From Callorhinchus milii (lineage: Eukaryota), in contig NW_024704743.1 in assembly GCF_018977255.1 (NCBI RefSeq), positions 60,700,001-60,764,000 on the forward strand: a stretch of DNA of 64,000 nt, in the 5' to 3' direction. The notes below the pieces were generated by a model. The model was not told the DNA's origin and searched no databases. It saw only the letters and a list, made by a program, of their open reading frames with translations. Positions 11,684 to 26,180 of this stretch are shown piece by piece. Each line of letters opens with the position of its first letter. Position 1 is the first letter of the stretch. The translations under genes were made by a program, and so were the position numbers.

Positions 11684-14600
11684 CTGGGGAAAAGGTAAAA
11701 CAGTATTACACACAAGGAAAACAGGAACATGGAAGGCTGTTCAACCCATTGAACCTTGGCCATCACTTTATTAGATCTTGGCAGATCGTTTAATCTGAAT
11801 TCCTATCCTTTCGTTATACCCCTTATTTCAAATATGTGTTATATTTCAAACTGTTCAAAAGGCTTTAACACGAGCACATTATTTCTGTTTAATTGAGAGT
11901 TGTTAGCAAACAGTAGAGAAAGGTTAAGAACAGTACCGTATTTTTCAAAGTAGCTTCTCATCATGTAACATTGGTGAGCATAGTACATTAAGTCACAGAT
12001 ATCAACTATCCCCTTAAGACAATTAAGCCATGGCACTGTTTGAAAAAAGAATCCTGGCAATCATTCTCCCAGATAAAATTTGTCATTCATGCCATTTATT
12101 TCACATTTTTGGATGAGTGACTGTTGGGACCCACACCCAAATCATCAGCTTGTTAAGACATCATGATGATAAGACTAAAAAGTTGTCAAAGATGTGATTT
12201 AGAACTTTACCGGAGATGAAAACCATAAACAGCACCAGATCCACAAACAAATTCACAGAGGGAAAGAGAGGGCAATGACGTCCCTTCCTTAACAGAATGC
12301 TGAATCGGATGCCAGGTGTTTGAGAAATGTGACTATATGTGACTGCAACTCTTGCATCTATTAAAACTTACTGCATAATTTGTAGGTTCAATGAAAAAGC
12401 CTGATTAATTGAGGGAAAAAAAGGACTTAAAGTACAGTATGTGTTATTTTACAGTATGTGTGGAGTACCCTGTGATCCATTTCTGTATTGTAGTGCATTG
12501 GAAGACAGTAGCATTTAATCTGAAACACAAAGGAGGTAAAGAAATTTCTGGTGACTTGACCCAGGCTTAACCTGTCAGTACCACTGAGTCGTTCTGGGAT
12601 ACTACCCTGCGTGAGGGGCACTATATAAATGCAAGTTGTTGTTGTTGTTGCATGCTGACAATATACTGGTCACATTTATTTATGTATGTATACATATGCC
12701 TAACTTTCCACTTTGGATAACGATAACAATAATATGATATAGCGCCTTACCATTTGTCAAGCCAATAATAAATGAACCAACATTTATTATCTTCTACATA
12801 TTTTGTGAACTAGACTAGAATAAGACTCACTGATGCCTTTTAGATTTTAGTAGAGCTTAATGCCGAGTGTGAAACGTCTTGTGACGTCCATTTGAATAGT
12901 GAAAACACCCAATGATACAATTTTAGATTTTGCAACACATGACTAGAATTAAGTACTAGTAGTCAAGTCTTCCACTGGTGGTGATAGCATTTGTTGCAAG
13001 TAGAAGTGATGAGTTAAATGCATTGTGCAAAAATATACTGGCACACATTCATAAAAATCCTAGTGATGACATTGCAGTATTAAGTGAGCCACAAGTTCTA
13101 CTGAATACTTATACAATTAAAGCTATTGAGTATTATCAAAAGCAAACACATAACAGGTGTTTTGAAGCTGTGAACTGTTAGTAAGGGTCAATCATCATCA
13201 TATTCCAAGTAATTATCTAATATAATGCTCCCTGGATTGAGAACTCTCATACACAGATGACTAAATTGCCTAATTCATCTTTTCAACAAATTCCCTCATC
13301 TTCTCAAAGATGTAATTACAGTTTCTCAGTGATTTCACACTCTCTTGAAATATATTTTTACAAGCTTATCCTGCTCTACTCTGATGAGACACAATCTTTT
13401 AGTTTAGTCACTGTTCTTTTCCATTCGACTTTTGGACATGTTGGCCTGGCTCAGTTGGTTGTGCTGTTTGTGAGAAACTACTGCTTGCAAGTTAGCCGAC
13501 AAAATACACAATCACTACAATTTACACTCTCCTGTGAAGCATGTTTGAAATATCCTCCCAAAATAAAAGGAGCTTATCAAATGCAAAGATTAATATTATT
13601 TTTTCTGCATTGACAATAAAGCCATTGATGGAATGCCGACTAAAAAAAATACCTCCCCAGGAAATGTATTTTTAAATAAAATTTCAAACAAGTTTAAAAC
13701 AAAGTGACTCAGTAGCACCTACACGTCAGCAACGGACCACACAACAGATAAATCTAGTACTTAAAAACAAAGGCTGTGCAGTAATATATCATGAAAATGT
13801 GAAATGGATCTAACTGATGATAATCTGAAAATGTAATTCAAAAAAGTATTGCATCCAAACTACAGTGCTCGTAACTGAAGTAATTTTAACAGTGGTCATA
13901 GATCTGAATTGGTTTGATCCAGGGAGTCTTACTAACATTTGGTGGAAACCCATAATTGCAAACAGTCACTTACTCAAGGCTATTTTCAGAAGGCAAATCT
14001 AGTGTTTATTTTAATATTAGCACGTGTTTCACCCACAAATACACAGTCAATTCATTTTACAGTATATTCCGTGAAGCGCTTTGAGACGTCTAGAAGAGGT
14101 GAAAAGCGGTATATCAAATGCAAAGATTATTATTATTATGCTCTGAGAAGAGCGGTGAGAACAATTGAAGGACTGTAAATCATGCAAAACAAACTGAACT
14201 TTTCTAGATCTGAAATTTCAGTGGGGGAAAAAAGATTGAAGGGAGATAACTTCAGTCTTTAAAATTATGAAAATAAAGGTTAGGGTTAGTATACGCAGGT
14301 TACTGAACTAAAATTTTGATTGTAAGCCAGAAGGCATTAGTACAAGACTAGCAAATTGAAGCCAAGATTAGAGATCAGAAAATCCACCCTTCCCCTAGCG
14401 TACGTAAGCAATATTGTTCCAGCTAAAACAGTTCTGTTGCTTCACTGCTTTTTTTAAAAAAAAGTGTTGTTTAAGAGCAGGTACAGATAATCATTTTACT
14501 GTATATAGTTGGATTAGTGCCTTGCTTCATCAACAAATCAGCCAGCAATGGAATATAATGTTGAATATAATTTTTGTTTTTCTTGATTACCTTCAAAGCT

Positions 14601-14804
14601 CGGGGAGACTTTTTGCAGAGCTTTATATTTTTGGAGATTTATTGGAAGTGGTTGCTTTCCCTGAGTGGGTTGGGTAGAGTCAACACACAATATACATTCA
14701 ATGTGGTCTATGGTCGGGAATGAGGAGATATCTGGACAAATTTCTTTACAAGGCATCCTCATGCAGGATTGTGGTTTGGAAACTAATCTTCCATTTCATG
14801 TTGT

Positions 14805-15130
14805 GGAGTCCTGTAGCTCAGTGGTTAGAGCACTCGCTTTGCAAGTGAGAGACCTGAGTTCAATTCCAGGCAGAAGGCGAAACCTTGGGCAAGTTTCCTT
14901 ACTCCACACAGAGCCTAATAATAATCCCTCCAAAAAAANCTAAAAACAATAATTAAATTGGTCATTTTCAATCTACGACTGTTTGTGGGACATTGCTGTG
15001 CGCAATTGGCTGCCGCGTTCGCCCACAAATATACAGTCAATTCACTTTACAGTGTGTTCTGTGAAGCGCTTTGGGACGTCCTCCTGACGTGAAAAGCGCT
15101 ATATCAAATGCAAGGATTAAATTAGGATTA
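14805..15130 (+). mobile_element. Full-length SINE, same family
   Basis: Near-identical to 2168-2500. Confidence 0.92.
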
Positions 15131-15534
15131 AAAACTGCAATACAAAAGTATAAAGGAGACATTTAGCAACACTCATGGTGCTGGTGGTGGCTTGGCTTGC
15201 TCTTGTCACTCTTTTTAGTAACCTCTGGATTCGAAGAATGGGGTTAACTGATTCTTCCCTCAAATTGGCCATAGGTTCTTTTTCATTTTCTCTGAATTTT
15301 TCCCCTGCCGAGGAGGGGACAAAGAAGCCATCAGCAGGAGAGATGTGGAGGTGAATACTGTAAGGGAGATAGATTGGGGGGTTTCTCGCAGGAGTGAACT
15401 CAATGCTTTTTCACTGCTTTCCAAGACATTTTTATGCCAAATTTGCTGCCCTGCTTACCTACAAATATACAGTCACTAACTATATTTTACAAAAAAACTC
15501 AGTGAGGTCAATTGTGACATTTTGATGCAACTTT

Positions 15535-15780
15535 TTTTGGTGGGCAGCCAGACATCTGACAAATGTGGAAACCCATCCCCATGCTTAAGAGTATCCAAAC
15601 CAAACTGAGAATTCCATGCATCCCACCTACACTTGGAAATCCCAGAGTTAGATTTTTGGAATGGAATGCGCACTCTCTCCCTGGAGGGACGCATCCTGCT
15701 TACTTATTTCCAGAGAGTATTAGGTTCTGACTGTCAAAAGCCAAGGCTTGGGGACCCCAGAGTGTGTGTTGGGGTACTGT
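15535..15780 (+). repeat. Unclassified interspersed repeat. Copies at ~34740-35020 (reverse) and ~59595-59810 (forward)
   Basis: Shared core TGGAATG...CTCTCTCCCTGGAGGG...CATCCTGCTTAC. Confidence 0.8.
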
Positions 15781-16174
15781 ATATATGGATATGTGCCTCA
15801 GCTTTGTAAAATATACCCATTCTACAACAAGCTAGTATAATTATCTCCTCCAATTAAAGAGTTAATATCTTATGCATGTTTGTCACTGTGCTCAGCACTG
15901 CTCAGCATCGCTCCAGGTATCAACGCCAACAGCTGCAAACTGGATGACAGGGGAATAAGTGGCAAAATGAAGAATAGGAGACAAAGTATGCAGATAAGGA
16001 CAGCAATAGGGAAAAACAAAGAGATCGAAAAGAAAAATGGTTAAGATTATAAAAAGGAACAAAGTACGAAAGGCAACTGAGGAAACAACATGAGGAACAA
16101 AAAGATAAAGCAGAAAGAAATACTGAGCGCATAGGAAATATCAAGAATGAGAAAAGGCCATTCTCCTGTAGTGT

Positions 16175-16482
16175 GGAGTCCTGTAGCTCAGTGGTTAGAG
16201 CACTTGCCTTGCAAGCGAGAGACCTGGGTTTGATTCCCGACAGGGCAAAACCTTGGGCAAGTTTTCTTACTCCACACGTCTGATAATAATCCATCAAGAA
16301 AAAAATAAAAAATAAAAAATAATTTGGTCACTCATTCCATGACTGTTTTTGGGACACTGCTGTGCTCAATTGGCTGCTGCGTTTCGCCCACAAATATACA
16401 GTCAATTCACTTTAGAGTATATTCTGTGAAGCGATTTGAGACATCTAGAAGATGTAAAAAGTGTGATATCAAATTCAAGGAT
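16175..16482 (+). mobile_element. Full-length SINE, more diverged
   Basis: Same head, body and tail. Confidence 0.88.
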
Positions 16483-19062
16483 TTTTGTCCAGTCCATCAA
16501 AGTTCACTGCTTTTATATTCTTCAGATATTTACTTATTTCCCTGATCTATAGGTATGCAAACATGGCTCAATTAGTAGCACTATCACCTTTTGAGTCAGA
16601 CAGTTGCGGGCTTAACAACAACAGGTTTAAATTTATTTTGTATCTTTCATGTCAGAAGGACATCAACCCAAGGCACTGGACAATCTAACGTTTACACCCC
16701 AACTGTGTATGGGAGATGAGGAGGGTGAGGGAAGAGAAAACTTGACCAAAGACACAGTGAAGGATGAAAGTCTTGAGGCGGACCTTCAAGCCCCCGTCGA
16801 CATTTGGAACCCATATAGTCTAAACTGACACTCCAATGCAGTGCTGAGGGTGTACTGCATTGTTAGAGATGCCATCCTTTGGATGACACATTAATCCAAG
16901 ACCCTGTCTGACTTTTCAAGTGATGTTAAAGATCTCATAATATAATAATAATAATAATATGGCACAATTCGAAAAAAGAAAGAAGTTTCTCCTGGTGCCC
17001 CGGCCAACAATCCCCCAAAATAAAATAGGTCACTCACTCTGTGGCTCTTTGTGGGATATGGCTGTGCACAAATTGCTGCCAAGTTCACCCACAAAATAGT
17101 CATACTACTTTACAGTTTATCCCGTGAAGTGCTTTGAGACATCTCAATGACATAAGGCCCTTTATCAAATACAAGCATTATTGTATTGTATATTATTATA
17201 CTATTCAGTTTTTGTGTGTGTCAGTCTGGTTGAGTTGGTAGCATTCTCACCTCTGAATCAGAAGGTTGTGGGTACACAAGCTCCATAGGCTTTGAGCTTG
17301 TAGTCTAGTCTGAAATTCCACATAATGCTGGTGATGCATTGTATTGTCAGAAGTCCCACCCTTCGAATGAGCCATTAAAATGAAGTCGAGTATAACATCA
17401 GGCTCAAGGGACCTGATACAGTAGCTCCAAGTCCCCTTAACTTAATACAGCAATGATTCTCTGCCACACTGATATCAAAATCCACTGAGACCCTGAGTTA
17501 TCTACAATTGAATAAGAAATTAATATGGGCATGATCCTATCTTCTCTTCTAGAATATATTAATTTAATATTTCAGCTATTTTTAATCTTTAACTTTGCCA
17601 TCACCTTTATCTTTCTGAGTTCTAATTTCCTTTTCAGGAGAATATTTTAATATTATGCCTAGTGGTGCTCATCTCTAGGGACCTCTTTTTATTCCTAATT
17701 CCCTTTTAACCCATTTTTGCAAATCCCTCTACAAACTCCCAGTGAATGAGAGGAATACGTACAAAAGTTGCCAATGAACAGTGCCGCGTCTAAGTAATTC
17801 AAAAGCAGTTAATATATTAAGGGAATGCATTGAGATATGCAAACCATAGCATCAAGTGTTCATTTTTCAATAATTCATCACTATACTGTACTTGTAGTGC
17901 AAACTAGACTCAAGCAATTAGAATTGAGAGTTTAGTGCTAACATTTACTGAAAAGCACAAGAGACGAACAAATGGCAACATCAAAAACAATGAATATAAA
18001 TACAAGTATTGTTCAAATATGTAAACTCTCTGGGTATTATCTGTTTTAAATTTGTACTTTAGAATTATTTCAATAAATGATATACAGAGAACTGGCTTCA
18101 AAATTAAAACTATTTAAGAATGTAAGTATCTCAGAATATTTAATTTGGACACTACGAAATGTTAAGAAATAAAGTAAACCTGGAGCCGGGTGGAATTTCT
18201 CAAGCTAATCTGAACTGCTCAAAGCTCAAGATTGTTTGACTCAATAACAACTATCATTATGCTATCATCAGTTTCCCTTTCTGTCACAATACATGGAACT
18301 TGGCAGTACAAAATCCTGAGCCGGAAATATCCTATCTATACCAGCCCTTGCTGGAATCAAAATACTACCCGTAACAAAGAAGGTGAAACTCTTAACCCCT
18401 AACTGTTAAAATACATCTTAAGCTAACCATACCCTCTTTTTCCTGGCTTTCAGTATACAATTTAACTCCCAGTAATCCCTGAGCTACTGTCCCATACCTA
18501 GAACTGGAAAATAAAGGAACCTTAGCTTTCAGATAAAGAAATAAAGCAAAGAAGATTCAAATATTACAATGCAATACACACATATAGCAATATGTTAGCA
18601 AAAATAAGTCAATTGCAGTATAATGTGCTCAAATATTTTAGAGCATGAGTTAAGATTTTGTTCAGGTTGATCAGTTATAAATGTTTTGAGGTGTTATTGC
18701 TAGCACTGAAAAGCAAGAGCAGGTACAATGGTTTTATTATTTCCAGTAAAGCAAAAGCAGCTAACAGTTCAGTTATATATTTTGGCTCTGTGACTTGCGA
18801 CAATGAAAGATATAATTTTCTTTAAACACCTAAATCTTGTCCCAAAATAATTGGCATTTGCTCAATTTGTAACATAATCAAAATGTTTTACTTCAGAAGC
18901 TCTACAGCAACATAAAAATGTAGCATTGAGCAAAGGCCAGCCAATTCAAGTTCTATTTTTGAATCTGATCTAACTATTCCATTTTCCCTGTCCCATACCA
19001 GTCTTCTGCATTAGGCCCAGAATGGTTCCTTTTAAAAACTCATATTGAGCCACCATCCAGTG

Positions 19063-19150
19063 TATGACTAAAATCAGGATACATGGAATCGTGGGAGAAG
19101 TAGCAGAATGGATTAAAGAATGGTTAGAAAACCAAAAGGAAAGAGAAGTT
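19063..19150 (+). mobile_element. CR1-like reverse transcriptase fragment
   Basis: Translates KIRIHGIVGEVAEWIKEWLENQKER, typical of the CR1 RT domain. Confidence 0.6.
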
Positions 19151-19494
19151 CTCAAAATCTGAAAAAAAGTCACTAACGTGAAGCAAAAGAACTCAAACTC
19201 AAGATTTACATGAGACACGTAAATTTATTACAAACACTCTGTGGGATTTAAAAACCTTTGAACAATAAAACATCACCTCATGTCGGAAAGGTGCCTCACA
19301 ATGTAAAATCCTTCTCTTCAAGAAACCTCATATTTGTCACATCGATCTACGAAAACGCAATTCACAAAAGAATTAGCGAAACTGAATGGATTTCTCTGTA
19401 GAAACATCTCAATGTTCTTGAGCAATGTGCCATTTACACTGTAATTTTCCTGTTCATGCACTTTTTCAATTAGCAAATGTGCTTAGACCCCCAG

Positions 19495-19810
19495 GTCTCA
19501 GAGCTTAGACCTGAAGTGTTTCACGTCTCCCGCACTTCCTACTCCACCATTGGTAGTTGGGCATTCAGCATTTCTGCCCCCACACTCCGGAACTCTATCC
19601 CGTAATCCCTCCGTCTCACCCCCTCTTGCCTCCTTCAAGTCCCGTCTAAAGACCTTCCTTTTTGACCATACCTTTGGCCACCCACCCATCGACGCCCGCC
19701 CTCCACCCCTCCTGATCCCAACTCCGGTCCAAAACCCCTGACTGTCCAGCACACTGGGACATCTTTCCGACTTGAAGGGCACTATACAAGTGTAATTTGT
19801 TGTTGTTACA
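19495..19810 (+). mobile_element. L2 3' end. Further copies at ~3443-3645(-), 26200-26445(-), 29050-29400(+), 33860-34050(+), 41690-41925(+), 60950-61190(-)
   Basis: SFKSRLKTFLF C-terminus, C-rich 3' UTR and (TTG)n tail. Confidence 0.82.
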
Positions 19811-20140
19811 GACATCAGCTTCTCTATCTATCCACTAGTATATCCTTTACATTGACTAATGCTTGGTCAGAACATCAATAGTGTTGTTTAAGCCATTTGA
19901 AAATCACTAGCAAAAATTAAATGTTAACATTTACTTCCGACTATATAATTACCTTTATATCAGTTCTATTTTAAGAGGATACTACTCTGCTATCCAAAGA
20001 AAAACATTCTGATGATTTATTTGTTGCAATTCAGTGTTGTTATAATTAATAGATTACACTTGATATAGTGCCTTATCACATTGAAATATCTCAAAGCAGT
20101 TCTGTAAAGCGTAGTGACATTTGTCACATTATGTCACAAA

Positions 20141-20452
20141 GGAGTCCTGTAACTCAGTGGTTAGAGCTCTCATCTTGCAAGCGAGAGACCTGGGTTCAAT
20201 TCCCGGCAGAGCGAAACATTGGGCAAGTTTCCTTACTCCACACGCCTGATAATAAACCCTCAAGAAAAAAAAACAATAATGAATTGGTCACTTCAATCCA
20301 CGATTGTTTGTGGGACACTGCTGTGCGCAATTGGCTGCCGCGCTTCGTCCATAAATATACGGTCAAATCACTTTACAGTATATTCTGTGAAGCGCTTTGA
20401 GACGTCTAGAAGATGTGAAAAGCACTATATCAAAAGCAAGGATTATTATTAC
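20141..20452 (+). mobile_element. Full-length SINE
   Basis: Same head, body and (TTA)n tail. Confidence 0.88.
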
Positions 20453-21379
20453 TAGTTGCTCCATTCCAGTATTTATTGCTCCTAACTTGTATTAAATTCC
20501 CAAGTCACAGAAATAGCCAGGATCTCTTGGCAGCCTAAGGTTCAACACTCATGCTCATTTTATAGTGTCCAGCTTTAAAGTTCTACAAAAATCAAATGCA
20601 CAACCTTTTTACACAGAGGGTTTATTAGGATGTCGGTTGTCCTTCCTGGATCCTGGTTGGTACACAATCTACAACAGCTTTTAAAGAAAATCAGATCGAT
20701 ATCTGATGAAACGTTGGGAAGGAGAGTGGGTCTTAATGGATAGCTCATTCAGAGCTTCATATTATGATTTGCTGAATGGCTTCCTTCTTTGTTGCAAATT
20801 TCTATGGTTCTATACCACAGTATATACCAGGCTTTGTGCTACACAGTACCACCAGAAGTACTGTACAAAAGAACACCAATTCAGCCTCTGGTTACTGCCT
20901 GACGCTGTTGCAATGTCAAGTAAGATCAGCAGCTCATAATTCATGTAAGTGAGTTTCAGTGATTGGCTTACATCAAAAGTTAATTTCAGGCTTTGATATC
21001 TCAAAACTTCCCTGCTGCAAGTTCTGCAAAAACATTTTGCTGTTGTCTCAGCAAAACTGCACGGATGTTATTGCAGAGCTATGCAGTTTTATATTTTCCC
21101 AAGTGTGTGTTTTGAAACAAATCCTGGTTCTCTGCTCGTTCTAACTTACTAATACAACTGATTTATTTGCTGACATTGCAGAAAGTCCCACCAATACCAC
21201 AAGCACCCAGACAGTCTCAGAAGTATTTCCAAATAGATTTCCATTGGAAAAATCTATTTGTGTCAGCGCTTGTACACCTTTGGACTGCGTCTGTAACATG
21301 AACATTCTATCTTGAGAATGGGTGTACATTTTCAGCGTTAAAACTCTATATCAAACTATATTATTAGCTCTTTCCATAT

Positions 21380-22135
21380 ACCAGGCACTGGCAGCATCAC
21401 CATCCACAGATTCACACTCCACCTCACTGAGCCAGTCCAGAACCTTGGTGCCTTATTTGACCCTCAACTGTCCTTTCCACCCCACATCCGTGCCATGACC
21501 CACTCTGCCTTCCCCCACCTCTGCAACATCGCCTGACTCCACCACTACCTCTCCGGCCGCCAAAACCCTCATCCATGCATTTACTAGGCTCAACTATGCC
21601 AACTCCCTGCTTGTTGGCCTTCCCAACTCTTCCCTCCACAAGCTGCAGATCATACAAAACTCTGCAGCTCGTATCCTTTCCCGCAACAGGCTCTGTGACC
21701 CTATGATCCCCACCGTTGCCCGGCTCCACTGGCTCCCCATCCCCCAGAGAACAGAGTTCAAATCCTCGACCCAAAGCCCAGCAAAACCTTGCTCCTTCCT
21801 TCCTCTGTGACCTGTTCACCCTATATCAGCCTGTCCCTCCCTCCGCTCAGCAGGCTCCAGCCTGTTCCACGACCCCCGCCCCACTATCGGCGATCAGGCC
21901 TTCAGCCTCACTGCCCCCACCCTCTTTGGAACTACATCCAGTCCACTTGCCTTGCTCCCTCACTTGCCTTCTTCAAGGCACCCCTCAAGATTCTCCTTTT
22001 CAGCCACCCTACCATCCACACCACCCCCGCGATCCCAACCCCCAGTTCCAGTCCAAATTCCTGACTGTGGAGCGCGTTGGGCCATCTTCCCAATGTGAAA
22101 GGCGCTATAAAGATTTAATTTGTTGTTGTTGCTCC
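21380..22135 (+). mobile_element. L2-clade LINE 3' fragment
   Basis: Degenerate RLxYANSLLVGLP...LHWLP region and tail GAAAGGCGCTATA...(TTG)n. Confidence 0.85.
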
Positions 22136-22417
22136 TTTTCTTCTGTGAAGTACAACAACTTGCATTTATACAGTGCCTTCATGGGGGAAACAACCCAGAG
22201 TGCTTAAGCATGAGGAAGGTTGGATGCCGAGAGAGAGAGAGAAGGGGAGGTGAGCATCGACGCAGTCAAAAGTTGTTATCCAAGTCAGGATTTAAAGACA
22301 GATGTAGGGGATAGAGGGGACCTATAATAATACCAAACCTTGCATTTGACATAGCACCTTTTCACCTCATCAAAATGTCTCAAAGAGCTCCATGGGATTT
22401 ATTGTAAAGTATAGCGT

Positions 22418-23039
22418 TGTTAGAAAATAAAATCAGACAAATCTGTAAGGAAATAACGCTAATTTCTCTACCCAGATATCTGACTATTTTATTATTATTC
22501 GTTCGTTATTCCCCAATATCCAGATGGGTCAGACCAAAGGCCGGTACAATCAACAGATCTTATAACAGAATAACACCACTATAGATATCTCGAGTTCAAC
22601 ACTGTGTCTTTACAGCACACAAGCTTGATTCTTCATGCTTTCAGTCTTCTATCTCCGTACCCTTGTCTCCGCAGCCCGGGATGGCCCCATCTCCCGTATC
22701 CTTGCTCCACGACCCGGGACGGCTCCATCTCCCGTATCCTTGTCTCCGCGACCCGGGATGGCCCCGTACACAAAGTTATTGGAACTCTTATACCAATATT
22801 CATCCAATCATGGTGCGGACATTAGATCACCTGTCGAAATCATGCCGGGTTCACGTGAACACCTCATGGGGTGTACGTGCCTCACACACACAAACACACT
22901 GTCCTTGAGACAGTCCGTTATCTCGTGTACGTGCAGTGAGTTTCAGTCCAGCTGCCCACAACACATTTAACTTAAAAGTTAACCCGTTCGCAACATCTGT
23001 TATGATTCTAACATTATACAAAAAGTGTAAATTCTAACA
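22418..23039 (-). mobile_element. Solo LTR (622 bp) inserted in a SINE
   Basis: Termini TGTTAGAA...TTCTAACA and 4-bp TSD GCGT (22414-22417, 23040-23043). SINE sequence resumes on both sides. Internal ~38-bp tandem repeats; TATA-like (~22560) and AATAAA (22488-22493) on the minus strand. Confidence 0.85.
22650..22765. repeat. Three copies of a ~38-bp GC-rich unit inside the LTR
   Basis: Unit approximately ATCTCCCGTATCCTTGTCTCCGCGACCCGGGATGGCCCC. Confidence 0.85.
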
Positions 23040-25451
23040 GCGTTGTGTATGTGGAGGCGAAAGCTGCAGCGAATTTTTGCACAGCAATGTTCCCCAAACA
23101 ACCATGAAGTGAATGAACAATTTTGTCTGGGGGATAATTGGCCAGGACAGGGAGAAATTCCCTTCTCTTTTTGAGTAGGGCCAGAATTTTTAATGTTTGC
23201 CTAAACAGACAGACAGAACCTCGGTTATTATCTCATTCAAAAAAGGAACAATTATGTTTGCTAAATACTCCACAGAAAAAAAGAAGTGTTCATTATTATC
23301 TCAACTACACATTTTGGATGTTTTGTAATGCCAGTAGACTGACCACAGACACAACCGTGTTTTCTAGCGCTTGCAATAAATCGTCCTCAAAAGAAGTCTG
23401 CTGGGAAACAAAGCATTTCTTCACACTCCGATGACTCAGCTCATCCAAGCATCTTCCTCATTGGCTCAAACAATCATATAAAAGAGAAAAGCTCAGCTTT
23501 TCATGGATGACTTCAACCTGCATTTCTCAGTAGAATTTAAATGATAAAATGACACTGCACTCAGCTTCCAACATACCAATTATAGCAGTGCCAGCTCACT
23601 GCTATTTCAAACACTGGGAAATGTACACAATCCAATTCCCAGAAGAATGTCTTTGAAACCATTTTTTCATCCAGTGTGCACCTATCAATGCTAATAGTCA
23701 ATAGAGCATTATATCTCGGGATACAGTGTAATAGTTTGGGACATGTCAAGCAACTGCCAGGATGGTAGAAGGCGAACTAGAAGGACCTTAGTCTTCTTTC
23801 GCCTAGTAAATTCTTATGTTCTTATATGTTGTGGGACACTGCTGTGTGCAATTGGCCACCATGTTTTGCCACAAATATAGTCAATTCACTTCACAATATA
23901 TTCTGTGAAGCACTTTGAGACGTCTAGAAGACATGAAAAGCGCTATATCAAATGCAAGGATTATTATTATGTTCTCATATGTCATGTTTTGTGAAAAAAA
24001 TACCACCTTGGCAAAGAACTTAAAGTGGCAGCACATTAATTTCAGAACTTGGTACAATGACAAAATACTTCAAATAATCTCAACCACTATTCCTACTGCA
24101 AAGTCTCAGCCCATAAATAACTCTACCACTGCCAATATCTAAACCAAACATACAGTATTAGCCTCTTAGAATTCAAGACTACGCAAGCTAACAGCCAATG
24201 AATGCTTCACAGCCACATGCCATATAATGGGTTACCATTCCCAATGTAGTATTATAATCATATAGCAGGTAAATCACATTACCCAAATTGTTGTTAAATG
24301 GATAACAATCTACTCGACTCTACTAATAACAACTTGCCTTTATATAGCACCCTTCAGGCTGAATAGCTTCTCGGAGTGCTATAAACCTTACTAACCCTTA
24401 CCTGGAGAAAACAGATAATAAACAAAATAATTAATAATCATGTTTCTATTGACCAAATTTGTTTTTTTTTCTGCAGGCTACCACATGGGGCTTTATTCGT
24501 ACATCACCAGGCAGAGGTAGGAATAAGAAAGAACTTATACTTTTTATAATATCGAACTGGATCGAAACGTCTTAAAACACTTTAAAATGTGCCTTGCCTC
24601 CTATCATTTCACCCACAAAATATAGTCAATTCACTTTACAGTATATTCTGTGAAGTGCTTTGAGTTGTCTCAATTACGTGATAAGGCGCTCTATCAAATG
24701 AAAAAATTATTACCTCCCCACTTTTCAAGCCAACCTTAAAATTTATCTCTACGACTAACTGTGCTTCCAGTCATCTTTCACCCTCCTCAGGTATCCCCTA
24801 CACTGCGTTCCCAGTCAGCCTGTGTGAAGCACCTGGAGATGTCCTACCGACGAGAAAAGTATATATATGAATATAAATTGTACTCTATGGTATAGTAATT
24901 CATGTCAGGCTTAGTGACTATTTATGTAGGGAAACATGACACATTTTGTGCAGTAAGGGCCCACCAACAGCTATGAGGTGAATGATGAATTAATGCAGAG
25001 GATTGCTGGTGAGGGTAACTTCTGTTTTGTATTTCATAGCATCATGAGATCGTTAACGTCTATCCGTGTAAGTATTGCAAAGAGATTTAAATTATGAAGC
25101 CATGAATATTTGTTTAATGATGCCTTGTCTCATCTTCTAAAGAAGCTCACTAGATAGCCCACGAATGCCTGTTCAAAGTTAAAGCTCCATGCGTTATGGA
25201 AGACTCCAGAGAGGGACTGAAAGAATTGCAAGTTGGCTACTTTACAATGAAGGCGTATAGTTGGCAACACCTTTTTGATCTTTGACACAACTAAGGAACT
25301 GTAAAGGCACTATATAAATGAAAGAATTATTATTTATTTGTCATGTAAACCTGGGTGGTCCAAACTTTTGGCTGCCGCTGGCCGGATTCCCTATTTGAGA
25401 AAAGTTTCCGGGCCGCATAAGCAACATTGTTAATATTATAAGCAATAGGCC

Positions 25452-26180
25452 TCAACTATCCTTCCTACCCCACATCTGAGCCATGTCCTGCTCTGCCTCC
25501 CCCATCTCCACAACATCACCTGGCTCCGCCGCTGTCTCACACGGTAGGCTGCCAACACCCTCACACACACATTCATTACATCCAGGCTCGACCACTCAAA
25601 CTCCTTGCTTGTCGGCCTCCCCAACCCCTCCCTCCATAGGCTACAGATCATCCAACACTCTGCAGCCCATGTCTTCTTCCGCACCAAGCTCCGGGACCCT
25701 ATCATCCTCATCCTCGCTCGACTCCACTGGCTTCCCATCACAGAGGATACAGTTCAAGATCCTGGCCCTCACCTTCAAAGTCCTCCATGCTTCCCCCTAC
25801 CTCTGCCTCCTTGTTCCACCCTACCTCTACGACCTCCATACCCACTACCAACCTGCCCACTCCCTCCACTCAGCTGCTCTGGTCTGCTTCACGTCACTCA
25901 CCTCACCTGCCCCACAATTGGCGGGCGGGCCTTCTGCCACTCTGCCCCCAACCTCTGGAACTTCATCATGCAGTCCATCCACCTCGCCCCCTCCCTTGCT
26001 TCCTTCAAGACCCGTCTCAAGACCCTCCTCTTCGACCATGCCTTCGGTCACCCTCCTTCCCCCCCACCCTTCAACCTCCCCGATCCCACCCCTGGCTCAG
26101 GTCCGAAACACTGATTGTCCAACGCCTTGGGACGTCCTCCTTACATGAAAAGTGCTATACAAATGTATTTTTGTTGTTAT
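25452..26180 (+). mobile_element. L2-clade LINE 3' fragment nested in the hAT element
   Basis: LVGLPNPSLHRLQIIQHSAAHV...LARLHWLPI...FKTRLKTLLF plus tail. Confidence 0.88.

Noticed and set aside
15476..15694. Paralogous small proteins (similar ORF at 34858-35091)
   Set aside because: The similarity reflects a dispersed repeat; there are indels between copies and no splice or codon evidence.
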